Shown here: positions 1 through 12,255 of the stretch, in pieces
Layout: each line of letters opens with the position of its first letter
Position numbering within the stretch: the first letter of the stretch is position 1
NCBI GenBank assembly: GCA_030141605.1
Contig: JAQGDQ010000925.1
Location: 1 to 64,000 of the forward strand
Direction of reading: 5' to 3'
Length of the DNA: 64,000 nucleotides
Source of the DNA: Tubiluchus corallicola
Lineage: Eukaryota > Animalia > Priapulida
Position numbers and translations under genes: made by a program
The notes under the pieces: generated by a model
What the model was told of the DNA's origin: nothing
Databases searched by the model: none
Seen by the model: only the letters and a program-made list of their open reading frames with translations

Positions 1-339
1 CTTATGAAAGCAATCCCATTCTAAGCTGGAGTCGCACTTATCTCAAAACCTTCATTTCACGGCCAGCTGTACCACAAGGCAAACTAGACAGTGCGCCTTG
101 GGAGTCAAATTCAGGAAGAAATTCTCTAATTTTTGAATTTAGCATAAGTAATAACATAATGTATATGTAAGTACTGCAGTGCATAACACTTAAATTAAAT
201 GAAACGAACTATTTCTCTTATTTTCCTGTCAAAATGTATGATTCCCGCAGCAAAACACCTCTACTTTTGCTTTATCTGGTTTCCAAAGGTAAAAAAATTA
301 CAGAAATTTCAAAGCCACGTCTAATCTAATCTGAAAGTG

Positions 340-475
340 CCTGTGTGTCCAAAGGAATCTGTGTTCAAATTACCTGTGTTGTCAAAAGTACGTTGTGTCC
401 AAATGATCTATATGACCAAAACATGTGGCGAAGCATCCAGTGTTCAAATGTCCGTGTCAAAATGTCTGCACACCC
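340..475. repeat. Degenerate ~15-bp tandem array (tgtccaaa/tgttcaaa units), probably the subterminal array of a non-autonomous DNA transposon
   Basis: Repeated units such as tgtgtccaaaggaatc, tgtgttcaaattacc, tgtgtccaaatgatc and gtgttcaaatgtcc, ending in cacacc. Confidence 0.5.
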
Positions 476-1789
476 ATTAAATGAAATGCATCAAAATGTC
501 AGAATAAACTGAAAAGTGAACTTACCACTAGCACAATTAACAATTCTAATTTCGGTGATCGTTAAAAAGGCAAGAAAAACGAACTTCGTGACAAGCGTCA
601 TTCTTGAAGATTTAATTTCCCTGAAAAAAACAAGTGAATTATGACAAAAATGAACAGTTTTCAAAAGCTAAGGGGTCACATACTTTTAGATATTAACGTA
701 TCACACACGCAATATTAATATTCAGATCGTGCAAGATTGTCCAATATATTGCGCATTATTTTATTCATTTGGCCACTTATAAATTATAATACCTGATTTG
801 ATCTCTTCTGATAAAGGGGTATTATTTCTGAGCCCTTTACAGTTTCGAATAGTGTTTATACAAGGAAGTCTACTGTCGCCCAATCTTTCTAATAAGTATT
901 GTTATGATTTACTCAAGCAAGCCAGCTGTGAAAAGTATCTGGGTCATGTCACGGACAATCAGAGAAGAAATGATAAAGATTTCGGTCTCTTTTTTACATG
1001 AGATCGAACAAACTTATTCGTCTTTCACCAAGTGTAGCTTGCAGGTCAAATTTTATTTGCCTCAATGTACAAAGATTTATTGCTCAGCACTTTGGCACAA
1101 CTTTTGCTATTATAGTTTTAAACATATAAAAGTCACTTATAATAAGGAATACGCATGCTTTTTTAACAACCTTTCGAAAACTCTGCCAGAAGCATGTGTC
1201 TTAATCTGTTTACAGAAAATTGTTTACAGTCTGCAGTTTACAGTCTTTTAATAGTCATAACAGTTTGATAAATGATTGTATCTTTTTATCTAAAGTTTTT
1301 CACTGTTGGATAAATTAGCTATACACAGAAAACATCTATTAATTTTAAATCTTTAATCTTGTACGTGTATTTCGCCAAATTTTTATCTGAAAATAATTTT
1401 GTTACGGTAGTATTTTATGTGGGAGACGTGGTAGATATTGTACATATGTACTACTTTTTACCTTATGTGTGTGCTGATATTATGGGCTTTTAACTGGAAT
1501 AAAGAACATCTTATCTTTTTTATCTTTAAGCCTGACAATTTCTTTCAGAAGTAATTAAACAAAAAGCAAGAGAAACTTTGACATTTTAAAATTTTAATTT
1601 TTGGTCGCCGATTTGCGCATGTCACATAATATATATTGATTTTATTGAATATTTAGTGAATATTAAAATCACAATTCTACATTTCAAGTTTACGTGATTT
1701 CAGAAGCAACTCTGACGTCAGAACGAAGAGGAGGTAATGATTCATAAAAAAGCTGTAAATACCTTGGTAGCTTGTTAGAAACCGAAGTC

Positions 1790-2346
1790 GACATACAAGG
1801 AAGGAAAATTCTTGCATTGTCTGCTTATTCAGGTCTCAAAATAGTTTTTGAAAACAGTAGACTTTCTCTTGAAACCAGCGTCCTGATCCTTTCAACTTAA
1901 GTTGAACCTGTGTTTTTGTACAATGCTGAGCTATGGACAATAAAAGTTAAGCAGCCAAAGGAAATTGACGTCTCTATAGGAAATTACTAGTAATTACATG
2001 GCCTGACAGAATATCCAATGCTGATCCGCATGATGTGGTGAAGAAGAATCCTTGGAGTAAACAAATCCAAGTAAGAAGACTGGAGAAGCGTTGGGCATGC
2101 ACGAAAACTACTTAAGAATCTGCTCTTTATATTACGCAAAGCTCTTGAAACGACAAAAAAGCCGAGAGGAGGTCAGCTACCGACGTATAAAGATATACTG
2201 CAAAAAGATTTAGCAAATGCAACTCTAAATTTGAGGGATGCATCGTGGGCAGTGGCAGCGGACAGAAATGCGGGGCATCAACAGGCGGGCGTGCCATGTT
2301 TTTTGGAACGTAGTAGCACCTAGACGACGACGACGACGACGACGAC
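1790..2346 (+). mobile_element. Decayed RTE-clade LINE, 3' end of ORF2, with a possible (GAC)n tail
   Basis: Frameshifted translation gives VEPVFLYNAELWTIK, ITWPDRISNAD and KPRGGQLPTYKDILQKDL, which match RTE C-terminal motifs (LLYGxExW, IxWxDxISN, RGRPxxxWxDxIxxDL). (GAC)n follows at ~2322-2346. Confidence 0.75.
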
Positions 2347-4009
2347 CTGACGTCATAACTGAGCTGCATGTTCTGCTGATCCGGCAGCACGTACTTGCCG
2401 CAAGCGAGTTTGAGAAGAGCAAGCGCTGTTACCTCACCATTCCGTACTTCTGGCTGAGATAACATGAAATAACGGAAAACTAACAAATTTCGGCCTATGA
2501 ATTAATGTAGAGTCCCAAAACACGTGACGTAAGTATGACGTCACGCAAGTATTTAAGAGTCTGTCACACACCCAATCCAGTGGTGGCTGCAGAACTCATC
2601 ATCCTTGTTGCCAAGCTTGTATATATGCTACGCTTATTATGTTTTATTTATAAACCTCATTGTTATTACTTATGTCAGCATCAGGGTTAAGTTCCTTATG
2701 TTGGGATCCGAGTTATAAGTTCACACGCATCACTACATTAAGTGGCGGAATGCGAATGCCGCATGTGGATGCGGAATAGATAAAAACCGGAATGTTTTCA
2801 ATTCACCCGATCAGACCTGCGCTATGCGTTATTTTTTCTGCAGCTATTCCGCAGGTGGATAACGAATAATGGGTACGCATTCAGGAGTCAAAGGGTGTTT
2901 CTTAGCTGTTCATATCTACTACAGTGTAGCAGCATGTGTATTTCTTGTTTGTTTGGGTCGCATTGTATACAGTATCTTTGATGCGCTGGGATTTTGTTGC
3001 AGAGTTAATACACATAAAATATTTTATAATTTAAAACTCACCGCAGTGGTTCACTCTCTATCGCTGAACTGTCAATATTCTTCTCATTTACACAATAATC
3101 CTTTCGATGCTTATAGCTTACTTCCACGCTTTTACTTCAATGACCCTGTCCTCTCCACTCAAAAAATTTAAGCCAGAGCAACTAATTGTTAAACTCGGTT
3201 TTGACACGAGACCTTGACTAATTAACCTAGTGACACTTTCACAATGAGCAGAGAGAGAGCTATGAGTGGCCGATATTTAATTTAGTTTGCTACTAATGGT
3301 TTACCGTAAATTAGCACAAAAAGTTGGCCGACAAAGACATAGTTTATATTTGTGTAACCGGCATTTATTTTATTTATTTATTTTATTTTACATTTAAATC
3401 AATACATAAAGTACATAAAGTGATGTAGATTATAAAACTATATACACAAGATAAAAAGCTGTGCCGATATCTCGATATCTGGTGAAACTATAAATTTTAT
3501 TCTGTTTTGTACAGTAGTAGTAAGACCTTGACTATAATGTATGCAACAATGAATTATTTCTGACATTTTGAAATAAACTTAAATAAACTGTACAAGAGGA
3601 GCATTGATTAGTTTAAATAAAAAATGAAGAAGTTAGTAAAGAGTTCCACTATTGGAAGTGCGATGACTTATATCGAAAACCTGCCCAATGTCTACAATGG
3701 ACGTGACGGGTGTATGATGAAAATGTATGATGATGATGAAAATCTGTTCTGCTCAACCGCTTACGTGTAACTCTTTGTCAATAGATGACGCCACGAGGAT
3801 TGCGCAACACGTAACCAGGTGTTTAAAAACAGTATCACCATCTACCATATAGATACGCTCACAGCTAAAAAGATGCATTTTGTTCTGCTGACTCACTAAT
3901 AACAAACTTGTTATTTTACACTGAAAATATTTTGAATGTAAAATTGCGGTGACAGAAGTTTTGATGCTGTCTCTGTTCACTGTTGGCTGTATATACCCAC
4001 CAGCAGCAT

Positions 4010-4387
4010 CAAGGCCTGGTTATCGTATAAGCTAGTATAGGCTGCAACCTATGGCCATAAGCTTAAGGGGCCCTCAAAAGGTTTGGTAGCATTTGGTAAA
4101 AAATTGATTTTCACTACATTTGTGTTGAAATATGTGCTAATTTGGTTTGCAATAAATAATAAAATAGTGGTATTTCTTAAAGAATATTTATTTGACAATC
4201 AAACGATGGCTACTCTAGTTCATTTGAAAGATTTGCATTCTGTTTGCTTCAATCTATGTAAAAGTTGCTAAAATGTATCAGAAGTAAAAATATTCAAGAC
4301 GAGTGCAGCGGAGTTAGAGGGTAACACCGTCTAAAGGGGCCCCCATCGTTTCACTAGAGGCCCCAAAAGGTCATAAACTAGCCTTGA
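4010..4387. mobile_element. hAT-like MITE
   Basis: Imperfect ~14-bp terminal inverted repeats (caaggcctggttat ... ataaactagccttg) and internal GGGGCCC motifs near both ends. No clean target-site duplication seen. Confidence 0.5.
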
Positions 4388-6239
4388 CTGCAGACCTATA
4401 CTTTTTACGCACTACATGCACACCAAGAGTTTGTCAAATGCTGCTGTACATTTAACATTTTACTTACAATAATACAAAACATATTTTACAAACTGCAAAA
4501 TCAAGACATTTAAAACATCGGTAAACAATTACAAGCACCAATCAATTAATTGTCTCAAAGCAATTACATTGTAACCACTAATATGCAACAACTACACCCT
4601 GGCAATTTCGGTTATACAGTTAAATCATTCCAATATTTCAAAGGTAACCAACTATCTTCAACTTCTTGTAGAATCCCAATATTTCCATCTGCATATTTCT
4701 CCACCTTATACATACATTTAATGCAGCTCATTGGGTGATTAAAATTCAGTGTTTGTAATTTGCTTCGAGTACACCAAATAATTATAATGTTTTACTATTA
4801 TACTGGTCTTATTTAAACATAGAAATTTTTAAACGGCAACTTTCCAAAAATTATCTGGGATATTAACTTATGTTGTTTAAGCTCATATTACTTACATAAG
4901 TCTTCATACTGATCATCTATAAATTTTATATACTAAGGCACTGCGAACTAATTTTGTAGCAGCATAATTAAAAAAAATTAGAATTTCACTATACGTTTGT
5001 ACGGGAATTGACATTTTTCATTTGCGCCCAGCATTTTGGTCATAAAATATAACAATAATGTTTAATTTTTCACACAAAATCTTGATGCACTGCACATACC
5101 CCTGATTGAAGTCTTTTTGCTTCAATTTGCTTGACAATTCATGTAGTTCGGTATGAACATAACTGCGATACATTTTCTAGAATGACTTACAAATCGTCAC
5201 TTATTGTTTATGGGTTTTTCCTGGTTTGTCTATAGATTTTATATTGTAGCCGCTGTCAGCGAGAGCAAAAGTTTATGAGACTGGGTCGCGTAAACGGGAC
5301 TTAGTACACGCTGCCGATGTCTGCCTTACCTTATTATACATATACAAAAATGATTGACGACTTATTATGAACAGCATACAAATGCACAAAAACTGTGTAC
5401 AAATGACTTATTAAACAATGAAAGAGACTGGTGCAAAAATTTTATATATTTTTTCTACTACGTATAACATTACAAAAATTGTGCACATAAAATTTTGGTT
5501 ATTTTGCTGTGGATCCGCACGTATCCAGCCGCAGTGCAACCAAAAGGTTCCTGGTTCAAAGCCATGCTGTATGCCAACTTTTTCATATTTCCTGTTTTTC
5601 AAGTTTAGCATTAAAGTTCAATTAGTTATGAGTCTGTGACATTATATACATCTATACTATATAGGCGTTGTGTCTGTTGGCTGTAGTTACTAATTGGTAT
5701 TATGTTACAAAAGGTACTAGTGCAGCTAGTGCAACTGTGGCGAAAATGACTCTCGTTCACGCCAAAACGGTGACCTGCTTATATTGTGAGCGCTTTCACA
5801 CATTCCAGTGACTCAAATTTGATGAGTGTGACACTTAATTAAGTGTCGCTCAGTCTAGAAAACTCTAGTTTCACTTTGGAAAATTTGAAGTAAAACTTGT
5901 AGGGCCTACATGTTTTGTTTTGTTTTGTTTGTTTTAATTTTTTTCACAGTAATTTTCAATTTGCACTGGACGCATTTGCCTTTAACAGTTGTGTGAATTT
6001 TTATTCTCATCCTGCGATGTTCTTATATGCTTTTATGCTTAAGAATATCGATTTTTAATGGCAAATAAAGATTATTATATATATATTGGTATATTATATA
6101 TATGGTATTTATATATATATGCATATGGCGTAGATAAAATGGTTTTTCATGATACTTTTTAGAACAAAAAATAAAAATTCCAGTATACAAAATGGAAAAA
6201 GAGTCACTAATGTTATAACAACCGCTGCAACAATGTCCT

Positions 6240-6240
<1 letters not shown>

Positions 6241-6335
<95 letters not shown>

Positions 6336-6530
6336 TTCGTTTATGACATAATCCAGGGACAACACCTTAGTAATTCAATACAATTACCCTCATGCTACTT
6401 CGATAAACTCGCGTGATTGGTTGAGGAACCAACAATACCATTTTTAGTCTTTGTTATGACTCAGATGGGAATTGAACTCGCGACCTCCCGGGTGGGAAGG
6501 GAGCACGCTACCATTGAGCTACCCCACATG
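6241..6530 (-). mobile_element. tRNA-Gly-derived SINE with a Meta-like central domain and (TTA)n tail
   Basis: Minus-strand head ggggtagctcaatggtagcgtgctcccttcccacccgggaggtcgcgagttcaattccc has A box, B box and a tRNA-Gly(CCC)-like anticodon arm. It is followed by gtcataacaaagactaaaaatggtattgttggttcctc and then ~31 TTA repeats (6241-6335). Confidence 0.7.
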
Positions 6531-6839
6531 GTATAATAACTGGGAAATGTTTGAATGAGAAAAGTGAAGTAATGCATAAAAACCACATAGCGAAAACTCG
6601 AAAAATATAAAACTATAAAACAACTCAAGTAACTAATTTGCACTTGCATCGCGTAGTTTGTTGCTTGGAATTTCTTTTATCTGCCAAACTGAACCATAAG
6701 GAAAATTTTGGGACTTTTCATACAGATGCAAATGACAAACTATACAATCTTGAATGTGAAAGCTACAATAAAAAGTGATCTACTGCGAATGGACTATACA
6801 TGTACTGGTTTCTAAATCTACTCTCTTGACTGATACAAA

Positions 6840-6964
6840 TTAAATTAAATATTTAGGCAGTTTACGGGCGTAGTCATCCTTTTTTGTTCTCGGCAATTGG
6901 TGAACCTGGATAGGTGCTCCAGGCGCGCCGGGTGGTCCTGCGGGTCCAGGCGGGCACTTGCAGT
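6840..6964 (-). CDS. Exon 3 (last) of small secreted EGF + short collagen-like protein: (D)CKCPPGPAGPPGAPGAPIQVHQLPRTKKDDYARKLPKYLI*
   Basis: Acceptor cttttatttattttag at 6965 with phase 1 matching the exon 2 donor. GC-rich Gly-X-Y codons stand out in AT-rich surroundings. TAA at 6842-6840. Confidence 0.75.
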
Positions 6965-7599
6965 CTAAAATAAATAAAAGTGGAAAAGTTTAGTAAACGC
7001 TAATAACCATTTCAATAGTAAATGTCAAAAACTTGCTAAATTACTGTTGTGAACACCACATTTTAACTGTTTGTGGTAGTTAAAAACCAAACATTATACC
7101 GGATTGCTTACACAGTTACAACTTAACCATATTACAATGAGGAAAGTTGCGCATATAAGCTGAAGCTGTTGATTAAATTCAGTTGTAATCTTAACTTAAA
7201 TGTACTTAACTTAATCGTCTTATATATTAGCTGCATTACACTAAATTCGAAAAACGCGTTCATGGACTGCACCACTGTCCGGCACTGTTTTGATGTGAAC
7301 TACTTTTACTAATGTAGTGCTCTGCGGCTGGCGTGTTTCTGTTGCTGTTAAGTTCTTGCGCTACTTTTGTATGTTATATTATTTTTACTTAATTTCTAAT
7401 TACGTGTTTACCCTTATACCGTGTTGTCGGGCTCATCAAAATACCAATTAATGAACGAAAATGTCGTGAAAACTAAAACGCAAAACGGCCGCCGTTATTC
7501 CCTAACTGTTTTATCGAGATTTGGCCACAGGTACCGCTAGAAGGCCTTATAATATTTCAATATTTCTGCAGTAACAATGTAACATTTATTCTAGCTATC

Positions 7600-8660
7600 A
7601 ATAAATAGCTTAACTGGGCAATTCAAGCCCAAACATGACGCAGTTCTGCAAGGTAAAGCATGTTGGTTACGGCAACCCGTGTCAGGACTACAATATCGAT
7701 GGAAATTTACTTATCAACCTAAGAGAAGAAATTGACCTGGGCGTTAAAATAAGTGACGATCTTAAGCCAGCATTAAATATAGCAGAAAAATTAAAGAAGA
7801 CAGCTCAACTACTTGGAATATTAAAAAGGAACTTTAATAGTGGTCAGAACAGTAATTCTACCCTTGTACAAACCCGCAATAAGACCAATTAAAGAGTACA
7901 CATCATCAGTCTAATATACAAAGAAGAGCCACAAAACTCTGTACTTCAATAAAAACACCTAGCTTGCTGCAAGAAATTGCAGCAACTGCAACAAAAGACA
8001 CTGGCAACAAGCAGAGTTTGGTGTGACTTTTGCTGCAAACATACAAATTTTTAGTTTAGTTCAATTTAGCTTAGTTTATTTTCAAAATGCCACAGATACA
8101 ATAATGTTATATATTTGACAAAGAAGCTGTTACTACCAACGCACAACAAAAAAGACAAAATTTCAATTCACCATATATTGATATATCCGCTCAGACCAAG
8201 AAGGTAGGCTTGTACCGGATTGAGCAGAAGGCAAAATGGAAAGAGAAGATGTAAAAGCTGCAAGATAAAAAAGCAAAAAAATGAAATACAAGGGTGGTAG
8301 TAAGGGTAAGGAAATGACAATGAGGAGTGAATGAGATGATAGTGAAAATGAAGATTAGATTCGCAGGAGAATTTAGCGAGAAAAGATCAATCGCTGAGTC
8401 ACTGCAAAATTTAAACGGCACAGACATTAACACAAATGTAACAACATGTTTCAAATGAAGACGCAGGCAAGAAGAGGCCACGACAGGCAGTTATATAAAC
8501 ATCGTACAAGACTGGATGTACGTAAAAACTTCTACTCCCAGCGTGTAATTAATCACTGGAACATCCTGCTACAAGCCACATTAGACGCTGCAAACATGAT
8601 TCAATTTAAAAACAAAATAGAATCGTATATCGAACAGTTGCAATACGCAAATCTAGAATA
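7600..8660 (+). mobile_element. Decayed CR1-clade LINE ORF2 3' fragments, interrupted by an insertion at ~8040-8390
   Basis: EEIDLGVKISDDLKP...LLGILKRNF (7635-7892) and RRGHDRQLYKHRTRLDVRKNFYSQRVINHWN (8446-8694) are typical CR1 C-terminal motifs (DLGV, TRGH, RxxFFSxRVVxxWN). Confidence 0.8.
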
Positions 8661-8914
8661 CTTACGTAACAGTTTGCAGTGCTGCCACATTTAATGTGCA
8701 TCAATAGCCCTTTTTACTGGGCTTTTGCACTTAACAGACCACCCAAGAAGTTTGAAACTCAAAGAAACTACGAAGTTGACAGTATGGGAGGTCTTTCCAG
8801 GTAAATTCAGTTAGAAAATACCAAAAATGGCAGAACGATCAGTACTTAGACGTCATATACAAAAGCGTTTGAGGTCGGTAGAAGGTGGCAGCAGGTAAAT
8901 AACAATAATTCGTA

Positions 8915-9088
8915 ATAATGATAGTGATGATGATGACGTCGATGAGGATGATATTGATGGTGATGTGCTGATGACGATGATGACGATGATAGTGATGATG
9001 ATGGTGGTGGCAACAACAACAACAATAATAATAATAATAAAAAAACAACAACAACAACAATTTCGACGACCACGACGACAATGATGAC

Positions 9089-9160
<72 letters not shown>

Positions 9161-9180
9161 AACAATAGCAATAATAATGA
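8915..9180. repeat. Compound trinucleotide microsatellite (GAT/CAA/TAA/GAC)
   Basis: Directly visible. It explains the low-complexity poly-His/Ser/Ile ORFs at 8839-9184. Confidence 0.95.
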
Positions 9181-9193
9181 ACATTTTCCAAAC

Positions 9194-9346
9194 CTTTTCC
9201 TCTGGCTAGTACTATTTCGCAGAATTCACCACGAGTTCTTTTAGGGCAGAGACACATGAATACTCCTTTTTTCCTGGGTGATATGACACCGTCGTCTATA
9301 CACGTGCCGCCATTTTTACAAGGTTCTTCCAGAGTACTACAAACAC
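9194..9346 (-). CDS. Exon 2 of small secreted EGF/collagen-like protein: single EGF-like domain
   Basis: Acceptor ttcctgtag at 9347. Translation GVCSTLEEPCKNGGTCIDDGVISPRKKGVFMCLCPKRTRGEFCEIVLARGK has the six-Cys EGF pattern C-x6-C-x5-C-x15-C-x-C-x8-C. It is a 153-nt phase 1-1 exon with donor AAG/gtttgg at 9193. Confidence 0.85.
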
Positions 9347-10337
9347 CTACAGGAACGTAATGCAAATTCTTAATGGCGAGAATAAGACAATTAATGAAAA
9401 AAATCTCACAATTAAGAAACAAAGAGAAAACACAACGTCTCAAGTCACAAGAAAAAGCGGAAAAATGACAAAACATAACTAAGGACTAACTCTCTTTTTT
9501 TATATTATTGACGCATTAAAAATATCACATTTACAAACAGTATAATCACTTAGGAAAGAAAATATTCATGTTCTTTTCCACGTAGTTTTTATTTGCTGCG
9601 TGTATGTATCTTTTTTACATGACTGTACATGTTATGTTTTAGGTGTCAATAAAAAAACTTCCAAATGCAATTCAAGTCAATTTGATATTTTCTTCAAAAC
9701 GAACCATAGCAATGAATGCATACTTATATAAAAAGAAAAACATTAAAACGTGTAACCGATCCACAGCACGACTAAGATAATTCTTGTAAGGGTGTCATTT
9801 GCATGATTAAATATTAATTACAGTGAGATCCGGCATGAATATTTGACAAACGGCACATTATGCAAATGTTGAGGCTTGGTTTAGAATACAGATCATCTAT
9901 GCAAAATATGGCTCCAGCATTGTACAACTATAAGCCTATGTATAATATCAGAAAGCCCTAGGATATTATTGAATTGTTCTTGGGTTTCAGGTGTTACCAC
10001 AGGCCAACGACAGAGTTACGAATGGTAACATAAAAGTGAGGCAGAATATTCTCTTGAACGAATGATGCTCTCGTATTATAAGCGCAGTGAAAAAGCGTCC
10101 AAACACCATATTATACTCTTTTAAGATGTTAAAACCTCAAGGACTTTAAATTCCTTCTATCCTGTTGCAGTGCGCTCTATCAACAGTAAATTTCAGTAAA
10201 TTTGCGATAATGTGGAGTGTATATAAAGTGAATTTACTTTGATTATCACTAAACTGAATTTATTTGTGTTAGTTTTCTTTTGTTAAAGTACTTAAAACCA
10301 CATAAATTTCGTTATATTATAACAAAATAACAATAAA

Positions 10338-10423
<86 letters not shown>

Positions 10424-10425
10424 TA
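10338..10425. repeat. (GCTT)n tetranucleotide microsatellite
   Basis: Directly visible. Confidence 0.95.
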
Positions 10426-10559
10426 TTACCTAGATTCGCTGGGATAAATTATAGCTTATTGATTTTTTCGCTGTTGTAAACTATATCGTGTATATTAGTA
10501 TAAGATTCAGAGACTTGTAAAAGACGTTGGAGGGAGAAACAGAAAGGGCAACCAGACAC

Positions 10560-10745
10560 AGGTCATCGGCATACAGAAAATGATCACTTAATCAACAGGT
10601 TGAATATTCCATATTGTACAGTGATTTAGAAAGATCTTTCACGTATACTGCAAAGAAATATACAGACAGCACATCATCCTGCCTCAGCCCATTACCAAAA
10701 GTAAAAAAATCAGAACAGTGGGCCATCAGCATGCAAAATGAGTTA
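10560..10745 (-). mobile_element. Non-LTR retrotransposon reverse-transcriptase remnant
   Basis: FTFGNGLRQDDVLSVYFFAVYVKDL (GVRQGxVLSP-like) followed after a frameshift by LYADD, the RT catalytic motif, at ~10562-10576. Confidence 0.65.
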
Positions 10746-10756
10746 AAAATGGTTAT

Positions 10757-10860
10757 TGGCTGGCTGGCTGACTGACTGACTGACTGACTGACTGACTGAC
10801 TGACTAACTGACTGACTGATTGATTGACCGACCGACCGACTGACAAACTAACTTACTCAC
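10757..10860. repeat. (GACT/GGCT/GACC)n tetranucleotide microsatellite
   Basis: Directly visible. Confidence 0.9.
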
Positions 10861-11398
10861 TCATCAACTATTTTTGCTAATGAAAGGAGTTCGAATTGGT
10901 AATTATATGCATTTTTCCGTTTTTCCTTTTTATTCTTTCGTCTCACGTAAAACCACAGCGATGCTTAAAACGTCGTGTTTTTCCCTGCATCTTGCGTTTG
11001 TTTTTTTCAGTTACTAACATGCAAGAATAAATTTTAAAAAGCAAGAATTTCAAGATGAACATCGAACGTCGCTAAAATTATGTCAATGTTTTAAATTTAA
11101 CGTACATTAAACAATTACATTTTTTGTAATTAAACCGACGTTAAATAAAGTACATTGTAACTGTAACTGTGTTTGATAATCTAGCATTAAAAACATAACT
11201 CAAAATTGTCTTTAATGTCACAGACACAGTTTTGCATTTTAACGAGACGTCGTTGGTTAAAATTTTCAATACCGAGCAACGAAGTCGCTGAGGTAAAACT
11301 AAAACTTTAACGAGATTCGAACTCGCGACCCTTTGATCGCGACTTTTCGTGCTACCTACTATATTTGTTGCAGATGAATCTTTGAAAAGTAGACTCAC

Positions 11399-11471
11399 CA
11401 CTACAATTAACATAGGTAATTTCCAAGATTACTAGAAGGCCAAAGAAGACGAACTTCGAGGCAAGCGACAT
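11399..11471 (-). CDS. Exon 1 (signal peptide) of small secreted EGF/collagen-like protein: MSLASKFVFFGLLVILEITYVNCS
   Basis: ATG at 11471. Basic n-region and hydrophobic h-region ending VNC-S. Consensus donor G/gtgagt at 11398, phase 1, in frame with the EGF exon. Confidence 0.8.
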
Positions 11472-11821
11472 CTTTGAAGGTATAAAGTTCTGTAAAATAT
11501 TAATTGGGATGTAATTATAATAACGAAACAATACAGGTTTAAATTTAAAAACATAGGGGTATAAACAGCTTTTTACTTGTTCATTCAAAATTGAAAAACG
11601 AAGATTTTTGCGTTCAAACTAAAATTAAGTAGACAAACAAAACAAGTGAATAAATTCAGTTTTAGTTTATCTTATTCTCCCATTTATTAAGCCATTCAGT
11701 AATTTACTTTGAAACATTTTAAAATTACCTTTTATACATGTACGTATATAATTGACAAAAGTGAATGACAGTGATGCAAATGCAGGTGCTTGAATGACTG
11801 ATTAAGTGAGTGATAAAATAA

Positions 11822-12089
<268 letters not shown>

Positions 12090-12177
12090 TCGATAATTTT
12101 TGGAATCTGGAACTGAAAAAAATCTTTCTAATGGCTTATAGCATAAATTTCTAAAATTTCTAAATCTGAGAAGTTAG

Positions 12178-12255
12178 AGCAGCTCTATAGTGTAATATTT
12201 AGCAAAGCTGCCCAGCAAGTGTAAGGTTTTGGGTTCGAATCCTAGCGGGATACGC
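12178..12255 (+). mobile_element. tRNA-like SINE head (degenerate)
   Basis: gctctatagtgtaatatttagcaaagctgccc...gggttcgaatcct shows an A-box-like element and a B box (GGTTCGAATCC), with poor cloverleaf pairing. Confidence 0.45.

Noticed and set aside
2127-2486. Overlapping ORFs with poly-Ser and poly-Arg
   Set aside because: Produced by the (GAC)n tract at the end of an RTE remnant; no protein family signal.
6462-6530. Functional tRNA-Gly(CCC) gene
   Set aside because: The acceptor and anticodon stems do not pair properly, and it continues into a SINE body and tail. The tRNA-like pieces at ~11311-11350 and ~12180-12255 are similarly degenerate.
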